Positions 10,185 to 20,373 of a DNA stretch of 64,000 bases are shown here, in pieces. A program made the position numbers and the translations under genes. Position 1 is the first letter of the stretch. Every line of letters starts with the position of its first letter. Source of the stretch: Novosphingobium sp. Its GTDB lineage: Bacteria; Pseudomonadota; Alphaproteobacteria; Sphingomonadales; Sphingomonadaceae. Under the pieces are notes generated by a model. It was not told where the DNA came from, searched no databases, and was given only the letters and a program-made list of their open reading frames with translations. The stretch covers positions 40,001 through 104,000 of the forward strand of contig JAYWBP010000038.1 in the NCBI GenBank assembly GCA_043781375.1, written 5' to 3'.

Positions 10185-10955
10185 ATGCGTTTTTCGGCAA
10201 CTCTGCTTCTCCTCGCAGGCCTCCTGTGCGCGCCGGTTCAAGCGCACGAGGCGCATCGCAAGATGACCGCACGCGATATCGTTGCGAAGGCTATCGAGCA
10301 GGCGGGGGGGGAAGCCTGGCGCGGTGCCAGGACTATGCACATGAAGGGCATTGCGACGCTCTATCGTGGTGGCACGTATGACAAGGTGACCGAGGCGACG
10401 CGCTATGAAATGTGGCGCGTCTATGCCGCAGCCAACAACAATGCGCATCAGGCCAATGGCAAATTTCGGCTCGATAGCGAAAAAGACGGCCATATCCTTT
10501 TCCAATCCGCTTTCGACGGGCAACAGGCGTATGACGCAAACGGGCCCATCGCCAACGCTGATGACGGCCGGCGCGACGAATCCGGTGCTTACGGATTTGG
10601 GATCATTCGCTTCGCCCTGAACGAAGGCTTCAAGCTTGAGCGATTAGCCGACGACCAGGTTGAAGGTAATCCCGCGCAATTCGTCAAGATTACCGACCCG
10701 ACGGGTGGGGTAACAATTTTCGGTGTCGACATGCGGGATTATTCGATCCGCACTGTCGAGTACGACACGTCGCGCGGCTGGCACCAGCGGATTTATTCGG
10801 ACTTCGAGACCAAAGCCAACCCTGGCTTTCGCCAGGCAACGCGGGTCAGGTTCTACTATAACGGCGTGAAGACTGTCGACGCCAAGTGGCAAACGTGGAC
10901 TGTGAATGAGCCAATATCGGATACGGTTTTCGAGTTGAAGAAGACTGCCAAGTGA
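10185..10955 (+). CDS. Exported hypothetical protein (possibly LolA-like beta fold)
   Basis: Signal peptide, GGAGA RBS, AIEQAGGEAW N-terminal motif, beta-rich; fold is inference. Confidence 0.7.
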   Translation: MRFSATLLLLAGLLCAPVQAHEAHRKMTARDIVAKAIEQAGGEAWRGARTMHMKGIATLYRGGTYDKVTEATRYEMWRVYAAANNNAHQANGKFRLDSEKDGHILFQSAFDGQQAYDANGPIANADDGRRDESGAYGFGIIRFALNEGFKLERLADDQVEGNPAQFVKITDPTGGVTIFGVDMRDYSIRTVEYDTSRGWHQRIYSDFETKANPGFRQATRVRFYYNGVKTVDAKWQTWTVNEPISDTVFELKKTAK

Positions 10956-11004
10956 GCACTTGCGTCGCGGCTGAAACACAGAAAAGACAAACCGAGCCCG
11001 GTTG

Positions 11005-11240
11005 ATACCAAGTCCCTTGGGCTCTGACTCAACACGGGGTTTTCCCAAGCGGCGATGATCTGATTCAACATCGCAAGCTGCAGGAGGTTTGCGCGGGCGG
11101 TGCTTTACGATGGCGGCGCTTTACGATGGCGGCGCGAGACACGAAGCGGCGCGATTCGGCGGCGTTGGCTTGCAGACGGTTCGGGACTGGGTTTTGCGGC
11201 TCAATGCCCAAGGCCCTGACGGCTTGCTGGACGGTAAGTG
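11005..11240 (+). mobile_element. IS630-family transposase remnant
   Basis: AALYDGGARHEAARFGGVGLQTVRDWVLRLNAQGPDGLLDGK matches the IS630 N-terminal HTH; truncated. Confidence 0.8.
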
Positions 11241-11329
11241 GCGCGATAATCATGGCCACCTTCAGGCAGAAACTTCACTCAACAAACTGTTATCCGGTAA
11301 AGTGCGGTCGCGGCGGCACGGCCGCGCTG

Positions 11330-11593
11330 GATGCCATTCGCAGCATAATCTCTGACCCGGCGAGGGGTAAATTCACCGCGCGAGTTGAAGCACATCCTGC
11401 CGTGAATGTTCCTCGTGAACCGGTCGCCCAATATTTCGTCGGCGCGTTCATGGCCGTTGTGGTCTGGTGGCTTGACGGAGGTGCAAAGCGCGCACCCGCT
11501 CAAATCGAAGAAACATTTTGGCGCCTGCGCTCGGGGGCTGGCGTGGGCCAAATGGTTCCGATCGACCTAACCCGGTTCCAAAGGGGCAGCTGA
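11330..11593 (+). pseudogene. TetR/AcrR regulator C-terminal fragment
   Basis: VPREPVAQYFVGAFMAVVVWWLDGG...QIEETFWRL with no N-terminal HTH; next to the IS630 remnant. Confidence 0.5.
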
Positions 11594-11697
11594 GTAGTAT
11601 AACCTTCACGCATAAACTCTTGATCACACGTCAGTTGTCTTTCTAACGTCATCGCCACATCCTCAACTCGACAAAATAGACCTTGGGGAGGTTCGTC

Positions 11698-14349
11698 GTG
11701 GAAAAAAATGCGTATCATAGGTGCCGTCGCACTCAGCTGTTGACCTCGTCGGCGCTCGCGCTTTTGACGATGGCGCCGTTGAGCGCGCACGCCCAGACGG
11801 TTCCACTCCCGCCGCAACCGGCCGTGGAGGCAGTAGACGCTTCGGCCATCGTCGTCACCGGCTCCAGATTTGGGCCACGCGTCGTCACCGATTCGCCGAC
11901 GCCGATCGACTCGATTTCTGGCGAGGAACTGACCAAGACCGGCGGCACTGATCTTCAGACCAAGCTCAAGGTCGTGGTTCCAAGCTTCAGCACACCGCGG
12001 CCGGTTGGCGCGGGGGCCAATGACTTTCTGACGCCGCCGACGCTTCGGGGGCTCTCGACTGGCCAGTTGCTGGTCCTTGTGAACGGCAAGCGACGCCACA
12101 CCAACGCGGAACTCAATGCCAACAACCAGATTGGCCGCGGCGACGTCGCCTATGACTTCACCGCGATTCCGGTCGCCGCGATCGGTCGGGTCGAGGTGCT
12201 GCGCGACGGTGCGGCCGCGCAATATGGCTCCGATGCCATCGCCGGCGTCATCAATCTCCAGCTTGACAGCAGTCTGGGGTTCGCCGCCCAAGCCCGCTAC
12301 GGCATGACGACGCATGGCGACGGCGAAGATACGCAGATATCGCTGTCTGAGGGATTCCGCGTTGGCGCCGACGGCTTTGTCCGGATTACCGGCACTTTCC
12401 AAGACCATAATACGACAAACCGCGCACTGTTCGATACCCGCCAGCAATATTTCGGAAACCCCGGCGGCGTGCTGGTCGCGCCATCGGGCAACTTCGGTTC
12501 GGGAACGGGACTGACGCCTTCCAATGGCACGCTTGACCCACGCGAGGCCACGTTCGACCGGAACACCTGGCTTTATGGCGAGCCGGCCTATCGAAACGCG
12601 GGGTTCTTTGTGAATTCTGAAGGGCCTTTGTCCGACAACATCACCGCCTATGCGTTCGGCGGTTATAACCAGCTGAACGGCGTGAGCTACAATTTCGTCC
12701 GCCGCGCGGGCCAGACCGAAAACGTGCGCGCGATCTACCCCAACGGCTTCCGACCGTTGCAGCTTTCGAGGCTGGAAAATGCCTCGATCGCCGTGGGCCT
12801 GAAGGGCGATGATCTCGGCGGATTCGCTTGGGATTTGTCGACCGAGTTCGGCACGTCGTTCGATCGGCTGCGCGTCGTCAATTCGCTCAACACCTCGTTT
12901 GGCGCGGCCAGCCCGAAAGAGTTCCTTCGCGGCGGCGCGCGGTTTCGCCAATGGACCTCGAACCTCGACGTGACGCGCGAAATCGACCTTGGGTCGGGCT
13001 CGCCGCTGAAAGTCGCGGTCGGGTTCGAATACCGCAGGGAAACCTATACGCTCACGGCCGGAGACGCGCCAAGCTATAGCAATGGGGGGGTACCGATCCT
13101 CGATGGGCCGAGCGCGGGCCAGCCGGCCCCCATTGGCGCCCAATCCGCCATCGGCGTATCACCATTGGATATTATCCCGGGATCGCGCCACAGCACCGCT
13201 GAATATGTCGAACTGGAAAAGAAGTTCGCGGACCGCCTGCTGATTTCTGCGGCCCTGCGCCACGAGAATTTTTCGGACTTCGGCTCGACGACCGATTACA
13301 GATTGGCGGGTCGCCTCGAGCTGTTCGGGGGGCTGGCGCTTCGCGGGTCTTTCGGCACCGGTTTTCGTGCTCCCGCGCTTGCGCAGTCCTTCTATGGCCA
13401 GACTGACTTTCTGTTCATCAGCGGTGTGCCGATTAGGGTCCGGATATTTTCGGTCAACGAACCCGTGGCGAAGCTTATCGGTGCTAGCCCGCTCAAGCCA
13501 GAAAAGGCTAAGAACGTCTCATTGGGTGTGATCTTCGACCGCGGGCCATTCGCGGTTACCGTCGATGCCTACCGGATCAGGCTCAAAGACCGGATCGTGA
13601 TTTCCTCCAATTTCCAAAGCCTCGCTTTGACGAACTACTTGGCTGGGCAAGGATTCCCTGGCATCGGCGCGGCGGCATTCCTGACTAATGCGGTCGATAC
13701 GACGACCAAGGGTCTCGATATTACCGCTCGCTACCGCCAGTCGATAGGCAGCGCGGGAACGCTGACGGCGACCTTCGCGGCGAACTTCAACGACACGAAG
13801 TTCGACCGGATAGTCGGTACACCTCCCCAGCTTGCCGCGCTCGGCTTCACCACCCCACTGGTCGATCTGACGCAGCAGATCCGGCTGAGCCAGAGCACCC
13901 CCAAGGACAAGGAAACGTTCAACCTCAACTGGACCGGGGGCAAATGGTCGGCGAACTTCACCGCCACGCGTTACGGCAAGGTCGCACAGGTGGTGCTTAC
14001 CAATGTCACGCCGGCGCGTGTCGCCGCGCTGCTCCTTCCCGGCTACGATGTCACGCTGGTGCCAAACCCGTCGAACGCGGTCAACTCGGACATCATACAG
14101 CGATTCCGGGCTGATGTCATCGCGGACTTTGATCTCTCCTATGCTGTGACCGATCACTTCACGCTTGGAGTTGGCGCGGCGAACTTATTCGACAAAACTC
14201 CCGAGGGACCGGTAGCCTCGACGCTCGCTAGCGTCGCGGCGGGAACCAACGGTGCCGACAACGCCGGGATTTTTCCCTCGGTCAACATCTCGCCGTACGG
14301 GATCAGCGGCCGGTTCCTTTATGTAAAAGGGACGTTCCGGTTCCGATGA
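11698..14349 (+). CDS. TonB-dependent receptor
   Basis: IVVTGSR, RVEVLRDGAAAQYGSDAIAGVIN plug motif; GTG start after GGGGAGG. Confidence 0.95.
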   Translation: MEKNAYHRCRRTQLLTSSALALLTMAPLSAHAQTVPLPPQPAVEAVDASAIVVTGSRFGPRVVTDSPTPIDSISGEELTKTGGTDLQTKLKVVVPSFSTPRPVGAGANDFLTPPTLRGLSTGQLLVLVNGKRRHTNAELNANNQIGRGDVAYDFTAIPVAAIGRVEVLRDGAAAQYGSDAIAGVINLQLDSSLGFAAQARYGMTTHGDGEDTQISLSEGFRVGADGFVRITGTFQDHNTTNRALFDTRQQYFGNPGGVLVAPSGNFGSGTGLTPSNGTLDPREATFDRNTWLYGEPAYRNAGFFVNSEGPLSDNITAYAFGGYNQLNGVSYNFVRRAGQTENVRAIYPNGFRPLQLSRLENASIAVGLKGDDLGGFAWDLSTEFGTSFDRLRVVNSLNTSFGAASPKEFLRGGARFRQWTSNLDVTREIDLGSGSPLKVAVGFEYRRETYTLTAGDAPSYSNGGVPILDGPSAGQPAPIGAQSAIGVSPLDIIPGSRHSTAEYVELEKKFADRLLISAALRHENFSDFGSTTDYRLAGRLELFGGLALRGSFGTGFRAPALAQSFYGQTDFLFISGVPIRVRIFSVNEPVAKLIGASPLKPEKAKNVSLGVIFDRGPFAVTVDAYRIRLKDRIVISSNFQSLALTNYLAGQGFPGIGAAAFLTNAVDTTTKGLDITARYRQSIGSAGTLTATFAANFNDTKFDRIVGTPPQLAALGFTTPLVDLTQQIRLSQSTPKDKETFNLNWTGGKWSANFTATRYGKVAQVVLTNVTPARVAALLLPGYDVTLVPNPSNAVNSDIIQRFRADVIADFDLSYAVTDHFTLGVGAANLFDKTPEGPVASTLASVAAGTNGADNAGIFPSVNISPYGISGRFLYVKGTFRFR

Positions 14350-14421
14350 AGCGTCCTTTCGCGGCCTCGACAAAGGGCCACGTCTCACGCTCTTGATTCA
14401 CCATCAATCCGGAGTCAGCCA

Positions 14422-15207
14422 TTGACCCATATTCGGCAAAATTCGGCGCACGCGATTTTTCTGGTTACAGTCTGCACCGCGCTGGTTGGCGGCACTGGCT
14501 TTGCGGAAGCGCACGATATCTGGCTGACGGCAGACAAGATTGGCGATCAATATACGGCGCAGGTCGATTTCGGCGAGCTTGAGGCGCGCGAAAATGCTGA
14601 TTTCGGGAAAATCGTCTCGCTCGATCTAGTCACACCTGGCGGCTCGACCGATCTTCGCCATCCGCTCACTGCGGGCGAGCTGAATGGAAAACCGGTGCTC
14701 ACGACCAGACCGTTTTCGGCTCCGGTCGGTTCGGTGCTGGCGGTTTCTTACGACAACGGGTTTTGGATGCAGTTGGGAAAGGACAAGAACGAAACCAACA
14801 CCAGCAAGCTAATGGTTCCGGATGGCGCATCGCCACACTGGACCGTGAAATTTAGCAAGTTATTATTGGGGCCTGGTTCTTTCAATCGCGTGCTTGGTAT
14901 GCGTCTCGAGATCGTTCCGCTGAAGGATCCCTATACGCTGTCGCCGGGCGCGAAGCTGCCCGTTCGCTTATTGCTGAGCGGCAAGCCATACGCCTGGGCG
15001 GACATCGCCTATACCGACGGCTTGATGCCCCTGCCCGACGCGCGGCAGCCGACAGTAAAAACGAACAGCGACGGCGTGGCGGAGATTCCGGTTGCGCGCA
15101 CCGGTCCAGTGCTCCTGACGACGGACCTGCACACCACACCCCTCCACAGCGCGCTTGCCGACGTCGATCATATCTTCGCTTCGCTGACCTACGACACATT
15201 GAAATAA
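14422..15207 (+). CDS. DUF4198 family periplasmic protein (NikM-like)
   Basis: AEA-HDIWL mature N-terminus, LGMRLEIVPLKDPY, KTNSDGVAEIP. Confidence 0.8.
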   Translation: MTHIRQNSAHAIFLVTVCTALVGGTGFAEAHDIWLTADKIGDQYTAQVDFGELEARENADFGKIVSLDLVTPGGSTDLRHPLTAGELNGKPVLTTRPFSAPVGSVLAVSYDNGFWMQLGKDKNETNTSKLMVPDGASPHWTVKFSKLLLGPGSFNRVLGMRLEIVPLKDPYTLSPGAKLPVRLLLSGKPYAWADIAYTDGLMPLPDARQPTVKTNSDGVAEIPVARTGPVLLTTDLHTTPLHSALADVDHIFASLTYDTLK

Positions 15208-15218
15208 ACGGGGGATAC

Positions 15219-16172
15219 TTATTTGGGTTTGGGAAGCGGGAGGGTTCGCCCCGGCGTCCCAAACTGGACGTCGCACTTAGCGGCAAGCGTATTGCGCTCG
15301 GTTTCGAGCTGGCGGACCAGCTCGTCGAGCAGCTTCGACCTGGCTCGTTGGGGCGGCAAGATCATTTGCTGGCGAAATGCGATCCGCGGCTCGAAAGGCT
15401 TGGCCACGAGCCCGAGCGCAGAGAAATTGTCCGAGAGATATGTTAGCGAGTTGGTCAGGCCGATACCGGCGCCTTGGAGTGCCAATTGGCAAATCGTGGC
15501 GGCAAACTGGGTTTCGACGACGGTTTGCGGAGTTGCGCCGCTGGCACTGAAGGCCCGATCCCATTGCTTGCGCGCGGTGTCGTCGGGCGCGAGTGCGATC
15601 ACACGCTGACCGTCGAGCAGTTCGGGCGTGATGACATCATGTGTTTTCAAAGGGTGGTCCGAAAGCATCACGCAGATGCCGCTGGTTTCGATGAACGGGT
15701 TTACGATGAGATTCGAGGGATCGATCTCGTCGCCGCACAGGCCAATGTCATAGGCGCCGCTGGTCACGAGATTGCGCACGGAAACCGAATTACCGATCTC
15801 GAACCGGATCAAGACGCCCGGCCGCGCCGCGCTGAAGCGCGCAAGCACCTTCGGCACGAACGACAGCCCGAGCGCTGCCGAGCTAGCGATGCGGATCGAG
15901 CCGGTGCCGACCGCGCGAATCCGCGCTACGCTCTGGCGGATACGGTCGAGCCCGACGAAAGTGTCCTGGATCTCCTGATAGAGCAGGTGCGCCTCCGGCG
16001 TCGGTGTGAGCCGTGGGCCAGTGCGCTCGAAAAGCTTGAGCTTGGTCGTGTCCTCGAGCCGTTTGAGCGACCGGCTGATGGCCGGCTGCGAGACGCGCAT
16101 CACCGCCGCCGCAGCGGTCGTTGAGCCGGTCTTCATGACCGCGCTAAAGGCTTCAAAAAGCGTCAGGTTCAT
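15219..16172 (-). CDS. LysR family transcriptional regulator
   Basis: TGSTTAAAAVMRVSQPAISRSLKRLE HTH; divergent from metC. Confidence 0.93.
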   Translation of the reverse strand: MNLTLFEAFSAVMKTGSTTAAAAVMRVSQPAISRSLKRLEDTTKLKLFERTGPRLTPTPEAHLLYQEIQDTFVGLDRIRQSVARIRAVGTGSIRIASSAALGLSFVPKVLARFSAARPGVLIRFEIGNSVSVRNLVTSGAYDIGLCGDEIDPSNLIVNPFIETSGICVMLSDHPLKTHDVITPELLDGQRVIALAPDDTARKQWDRAFSASGATPQTVVETQFAATICQLALQGAGIGLTNSLTYLSDNFSALGLVAKPFEPRIAFRQQMILPPQRARSKLLDELVRQLETERNTLAAKCDVQFGTPGRTLPLPKPK

Positions 16173-16278
16173 AGCAGCGGATTATAACACGAATGCATAC
16201 GAACGCGCCAACGATGGATTTGAATCAGTTTCTCCCGCACGCTACTCCTTCGAGCAACAGACCGAAGGGGCGGACTCA

Positions 16279-17499
16279 ATGGAAATGCACGATTCTACCT
16301 TATGCCTCAACGCCATTGCGGACGACGGCGTCGGTTTTGCGAGCCTGACCGTCCCGGTTCACCGCGCTTCGACCGTCGTTTTTCCGACTGTCGAAGAATA
16401 TCAAAAGCGCCGGGGTGCAATCTATGACGGTTATTCCTATGGCCTCTATGGCACACCCACGTCGCGCAATTTGGAGCACCGTATTGCGCTGATCGAGGGC
16501 GCGGCGCGCACTCTCGTGCTGCCTTCCGGATTTGCCGCGATTACGTTGGTCACGCTAGCCTTCGTGCAAACCGGGCAGCGCGTGCTGTTCCCCGATTCGA
16601 TATATGAGACAGTTCGGCCGTTCGCCGAACAGTTCCTCTCCGGCCTCGGCATTCGCTCGACCTATTATGATCCGATGATCGGGGCCGGAATCGCGGACCT
16701 TCTCGAAGAAGATGTGACGCTGGTCTGGGTCGAATCGCCCGGTTCGATGACGCTCGAGGTGCAGGACGTGCCGGCGATCGTGAAGGCAGTGCACGCGCGT
16801 GACATCAAGGTGGCCGCAGATAATACCTGGGCGACCCCGCTACGGTTTAAACCTTTAGCGCATGATGTCGATTTCTCGGTCTATGCGATCTCCAAATATC
16901 TTGGCGGCCATTCCGATGTAGTGATGGGGTCGATTTCGATGAACGATCCAGCGCTCTATCGGCGCTTAAAAGATTTCAGCCGCTATATGGGATACGGCGT
17001 TTCGGCGGATGAGAGCAGTCTCGTCTTACGCGGAATCGAGACCCTGGCGATCCGCCTCGATCGCTGCGAGCAGACCGCGCTCCGCCTTGCCGAATGGGTT
17101 GCTGAGCAGCCGTCCGTGGTCGAAGTCCGCTACCCGGCGTTGCCAAGTAACCCTGGGCACGACATCTGGACCCGCGATTTTTCCGGCGGAACTGGTCTTT
17201 TCTCGATTTTCCTCCAGCCTTGGACGCGGCCATATTTGGCCGAAGCAGTCGAATCCCTCAAGCTCTTCGCGATCGGCGCAAGCTGGGGCGGCACGCGCAG
17301 CGTCGTCGCGGTGCTTGATCGTCCGCCTTTGCGAAGCGCTACCGTCGTCGGTCATGACGGTCCGCTCTTGCGCTTGAGCATCGGGATTGAAGATGCCGAT
17401 GATTTGCATGCTGATTTGAAGCGCGCCTTTGCGCTTATCGACCGGCGGCATGACGAGAGGGCCGACAAGCTGCCGACGTCACGAGTCGCCGCATCGTGA
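16279..17499 (+). CDS. metC: Cystathionine beta-lyase (PLP-dependent Cys/Met metabolism)
   Basis: PVHRASTV, YGLYGTPT, WVESPGS, DNTWATP, SKYLGGHSD (PLP Lys), IGASWGG; start ATG 16279. Confidence 0.88.
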   Translation: MEMHDSTLCLNAIADDGVGFASLTVPVHRASTVVFPTVEEYQKRRGAIYDGYSYGLYGTPTSRNLEHRIALIEGAARTLVLPSGFAAITLVTLAFVQTGQRVLFPDSIYETVRPFAEQFLSGLGIRSTYYDPMIGAGIADLLEEDVTLVWVESPGSMTLEVQDVPAIVKAVHARDIKVAADNTWATPLRFKPLAHDVDFSVYAISKYLGGHSDVVMGSISMNDPALYRRLKDFSRYMGYGVSADESSLVLRGIETLAIRLDRCEQTALRLAEWVAEQPSVVEVRYPALPSNPGHDIWTRDFSGGTGLFSIFLQPWTRPYLAEAVESLKLFAIGASWGGTRSVVAVLDRPPLRSATVVGHDGPLLRLSIGIEDADDLHADLKRAFALIDRRHDERADKLPTSRVAAS

Positions 17500-17563
17500 A
17501 GCAGCCGTACCGCGTTCTCTCAGCTTGCGCGCTTGTGGCGATGGCGGAACCGAAGGGCGTTGA

Positions 17564-18886
17564 ATGAACCAGCCGCTCATTTCTGATGCGCTCCTGCGTC
17601 GCGAGATCGGAAAGTTCGGAATCGCCACGATCGCCATGAACGGGGTCATCGGGTCGGGGATCTTCGCCTTGCCGGCCGTGGCCATTATGAAGGCGGGCTA
17701 TTTTAGCCCCTGGATCTTTGTTCTTTGTGGGATCCTTATATTATCCGTCGCCCTGACTCTTGCACGGGTCGCCAGTTTTTTTGATACGACGGGCGGACCG
17801 ATTGTTTACACAACCCACGCATTCGGACCGTATATCGGCTTTCAGACCGGACTTTTGATCTACATAAGTCGCGTCGCGGCGATTGCCGCGAGCGCAAATC
17901 TTATTGTCAGCCATGCGGCTACCGTTTGGAGCCCCCTCGAGTCGGGTATTGTAAGGGTGGCCGCGATGGCCGCTTTCGTTTCTCTCGCCACGCTGCTGAA
18001 CGCCACCGGGGTGCGTGCGGGAATGGTGGCGGTCTACACGCTCAGTGTCTTGAAGCTGGCGCCGCTGTTCCTGCTGATCCTGGTTGGTTTCCCGTCAGTG
18101 GAGTGGAGGTTAGTGGCGGGCGCGGAGATATTGAAGCCTGAGCCTTTGGGGCAAACTATGCTCATCTTGATGTATGCGTTCATTGGCTTTGAGTTCAGTC
18201 TGATCACTGCGGGCGAGACGCAGAACGCGAGAACTCAGATACCCAAGGTGCTCGTCCGCACCGTGGTCGCCATAGCGGTCTGCTATGCTCTTATTCAGCT
18301 TGTGGCCGTGTCGGTGGGGCCCGATCTGGGGGCGAGCAAAACCCCGCTGATTGAGATTGCAAGAAGGCTCATGGGTTCCTGGGGAGCACTTGCCCTCGGA
18401 ATTGGCGTCGTATTTTCGATGAGCGGATCGACCTTGACGTCATTACTTACAGCGCCGCGCGTTACTTTCGCGCTTTCACGGGATGGCAGTCTGCCGGCTT
18501 GGTTTGGCAAGATAAATGAGAAAAATGGCGCTCCAGTAAATTCGATCTTGTTTTGCGGTTTGCTAAGCATAGGAATGGCAGTTAGCCAAGGTTTCGTTTG
18601 GCTTATAATCCTGAGCACATTTATTCGGCTGTTAACGTATGTGTTGTGTATCGCATCCTTGCCAATAATTGAAAGAACAATACCCACTCAGCCGAAACAG
18701 TTCAAGTTACCCGGTGGCCTTGCAATCCCCATCGTCGGGTTTGTGCTTACGCTCTGGTTGATCAGTCAATCCACGGTCGACAATATTTTGATCACTGGTC
18801 TTTTGATCGCCGCAGGAACCTTGGTGTTCTGGTTCTCCTCGCGCAGAAAAGTCGCTATCTTTCCGAGCGCGCTCATAACGGACTGA
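17564..18886 (+). CDS. APC family amino acid permease
   Basis: NGVIGSGIFALP, YAFIGFE, about 12 TM segments. Confidence 0.92.
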   Translation: MNQPLISDALLRREIGKFGIATIAMNGVIGSGIFALPAVAIMKAGYFSPWIFVLCGILILSVALTLARVASFFDTTGGPIVYTTHAFGPYIGFQTGLLIYISRVAAIAASANLIVSHAATVWSPLESGIVRVAAMAAFVSLATLLNATGVRAGMVAVYTLSVLKLAPLFLLILVGFPSVEWRLVAGAEILKPEPLGQTMLILMYAFIGFEFSLITAGETQNARTQIPKVLVRTVVAIAVCYALIQLVAVSVGPDLGASKTPLIEIARRLMGSWGALALGIGVVFSMSGSTLTSLLTAPRVTFALSRDGSLPAWFGKINEKNGAPVNSILFCGLLSIGMAVSQGFVWLIILSTFIRLLTYVLCIASLPIIERTIPTQPKQFKLPGGLAIPIVGFVLTLWLISQSTVDNILITGLLIAAGTLVFWFSSRRKVAIFPSALITD

Positions 18887-19084
18887 AACTGCGTGGCGGT
18901 GCTGTCAGTCGGACGGCAACAGGTCTCCGCTGAACGCACTGAGGCCGCAAACGGCCTCTCGGCCCGAACCGCTTCCACCAGTGCCACACCATCTCATGAC
19001 ATATGTCGACCCCGACGCCCGATCAGTGTCATTGCAGCCTTGCGCTTCCCAATTGTTATACCGGAACTCGAACACGGCCAGACA

Positions 19085-19352
19085 TGCTCAAACATAGTGC
19101 CAACCTTGCCCGTGAACTGGCCCTTGCAGTGGCCGCAACGGTGCAGGCCAACACGAATGCGCGTGGCCGGGTTCGCTTTAACGGTGGTCAGGCGATCCAC
19201 AGTGCGGACAGACCATGCCGACCCAGATGATCTTTTCCAAGTGGGCGAAGGCCGCTTTTTCGCTCTGGAACTCGGGGCGGGAAAGGGCAGACATTGGCTT
19301 TAATCCTGATAAACGCCATACCGTCACCGTGTTTGCACGGTATATAATCGCC
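19085..19352 (-). mobile_element. Degenerate IS1595-family element (one end plus zinc-ribbon fragment)
   Basis: From ATG 19294: MSALSRPEFQSEKAAFAHLEKIIW..VCPHCG, then frameshifted RVGLHRCGHCKGQFTGKVGTMFE; probable end GGCGATTATATAC at 19352. Confidence 0.8.
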
Positions 19353-19437
19353 AAACCTTTGGGGTGTATCCCCTTAGCATACGTGAATCGGTGGTTCAGG
19401 TTGTGTTAGCGTCGCAGCCGCTAAATCCGGGGGAATT

Positions 19438-20373
19438 ATGGCTACGCTGACGCTCACTGATAGACCCCCGATTGCCCCTAAGGCTGACTTCGGTTTCGAG
19501 ATCGATTTTGTTCGGGGGGTTGGTCCAGCGTCGCGTGTTTTTCTGGCGACCCACGACTTCATAAAGGCTTGCGAGAGGCTCGATGATGAGCTGGTGCTGT
19601 CGATTGATTCGAACATCGAGACGGTGCTTGTCCTTGAAGACATCGAAGCCGGGTCAATCAAAACGTGGCTTCGCAATGGCCTAACCGCTGTCGAAGACGA
19701 TGCCCTGAAAGCGCTCGATTGGAAGCCTCTCGTTGGCAAGTATCTGGTGCGCGCCAAGTATGCCGTCATCCGTTGGATCGATGATGACGCGACGCCGCGA
19801 AGCCTGACGGATTTGCGGCGCGAAATTCAGCAGATCGCGGCGGACACCGATGTGCGCCACCTGCCCGATTACACCGCCCCGTCGCCCGGAGCGTTAATTA
19901 CGGCGATAAAAGACTTCCAGGCAGTGAAGGGCCGGTTGCTCCCCGGCGACACGGCTACCCTGTTAACCGAAGACGGCAATATCCCTTTCGATTTGTCCGT
20001 GATTCTGAACATCGAAGACATTGAGGCACTTGCGGTCGCGCGCACCATCCCAAACCCGCCAGTAGAGATGATCCTGCCCGTCAAGAAGCCCGACTATCTT
20101 GGCGAAAGCATGTGGGAGCTTCGTCACGGCAAGCGGAACATAAGCGCTAGGATCGAACATCAAGATTGGCTTCGCAGGTTTCAGCAGCGCCAAGTGGACG
20201 TTAGGCCCGGCGATGCGTTGCGGTGCGTCGTGGCAATCGAAACTTTATATGGGTTCGACAACGAACTTCTGGCTGAGCGGTTCACCGTCACCGAAGTTCT
20301 CGAAGTGATGATGAATCGCTTTGTGATCCTTGATCTGCCCTTTGAGGAAGGTGCCAATGACAAACCTGCGTAA
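19438..20373 (+). CDS. Hypothetical protein, IS passenger
   Basis: Intact 311-aa ORF with GGGGGAA RBS lying wholly inside the IRs; no family recognised. Confidence 0.85.
   Translation: MATLTLTDRPPIAPKADFGFEIDFVRGVGPASRVFLATHDFIKACERLDDELVLSIDSNIETVLVLEDIEAGSIKTWLRNGLTAVEDDALKALDWKPLVGKYLVRAKYAVIRWIDDDATPRSLTDLRREIQQIAADTDVRHLPDYTAPSPGALITAIKDFQAVKGRLLPGDTATLLTEDGNIPFDLSVILNIEDIEALAVARTIPNPPVEMILPVKKPDYLGESMWELRHGKRNISARIEHQDWLRRFQQRQVDVRPGDALRCVVAIETLYGFDNELLAERFTVTEVLEVMMNRFVILDLPFEEGANDKPA

Noticed and set aside
16849-16856. Third AAACCTTT copy, possibly the other target duplication of the decayed IS1595
   Set aside because: Lies inside intact metC with no adjacent inverted repeat; chance match
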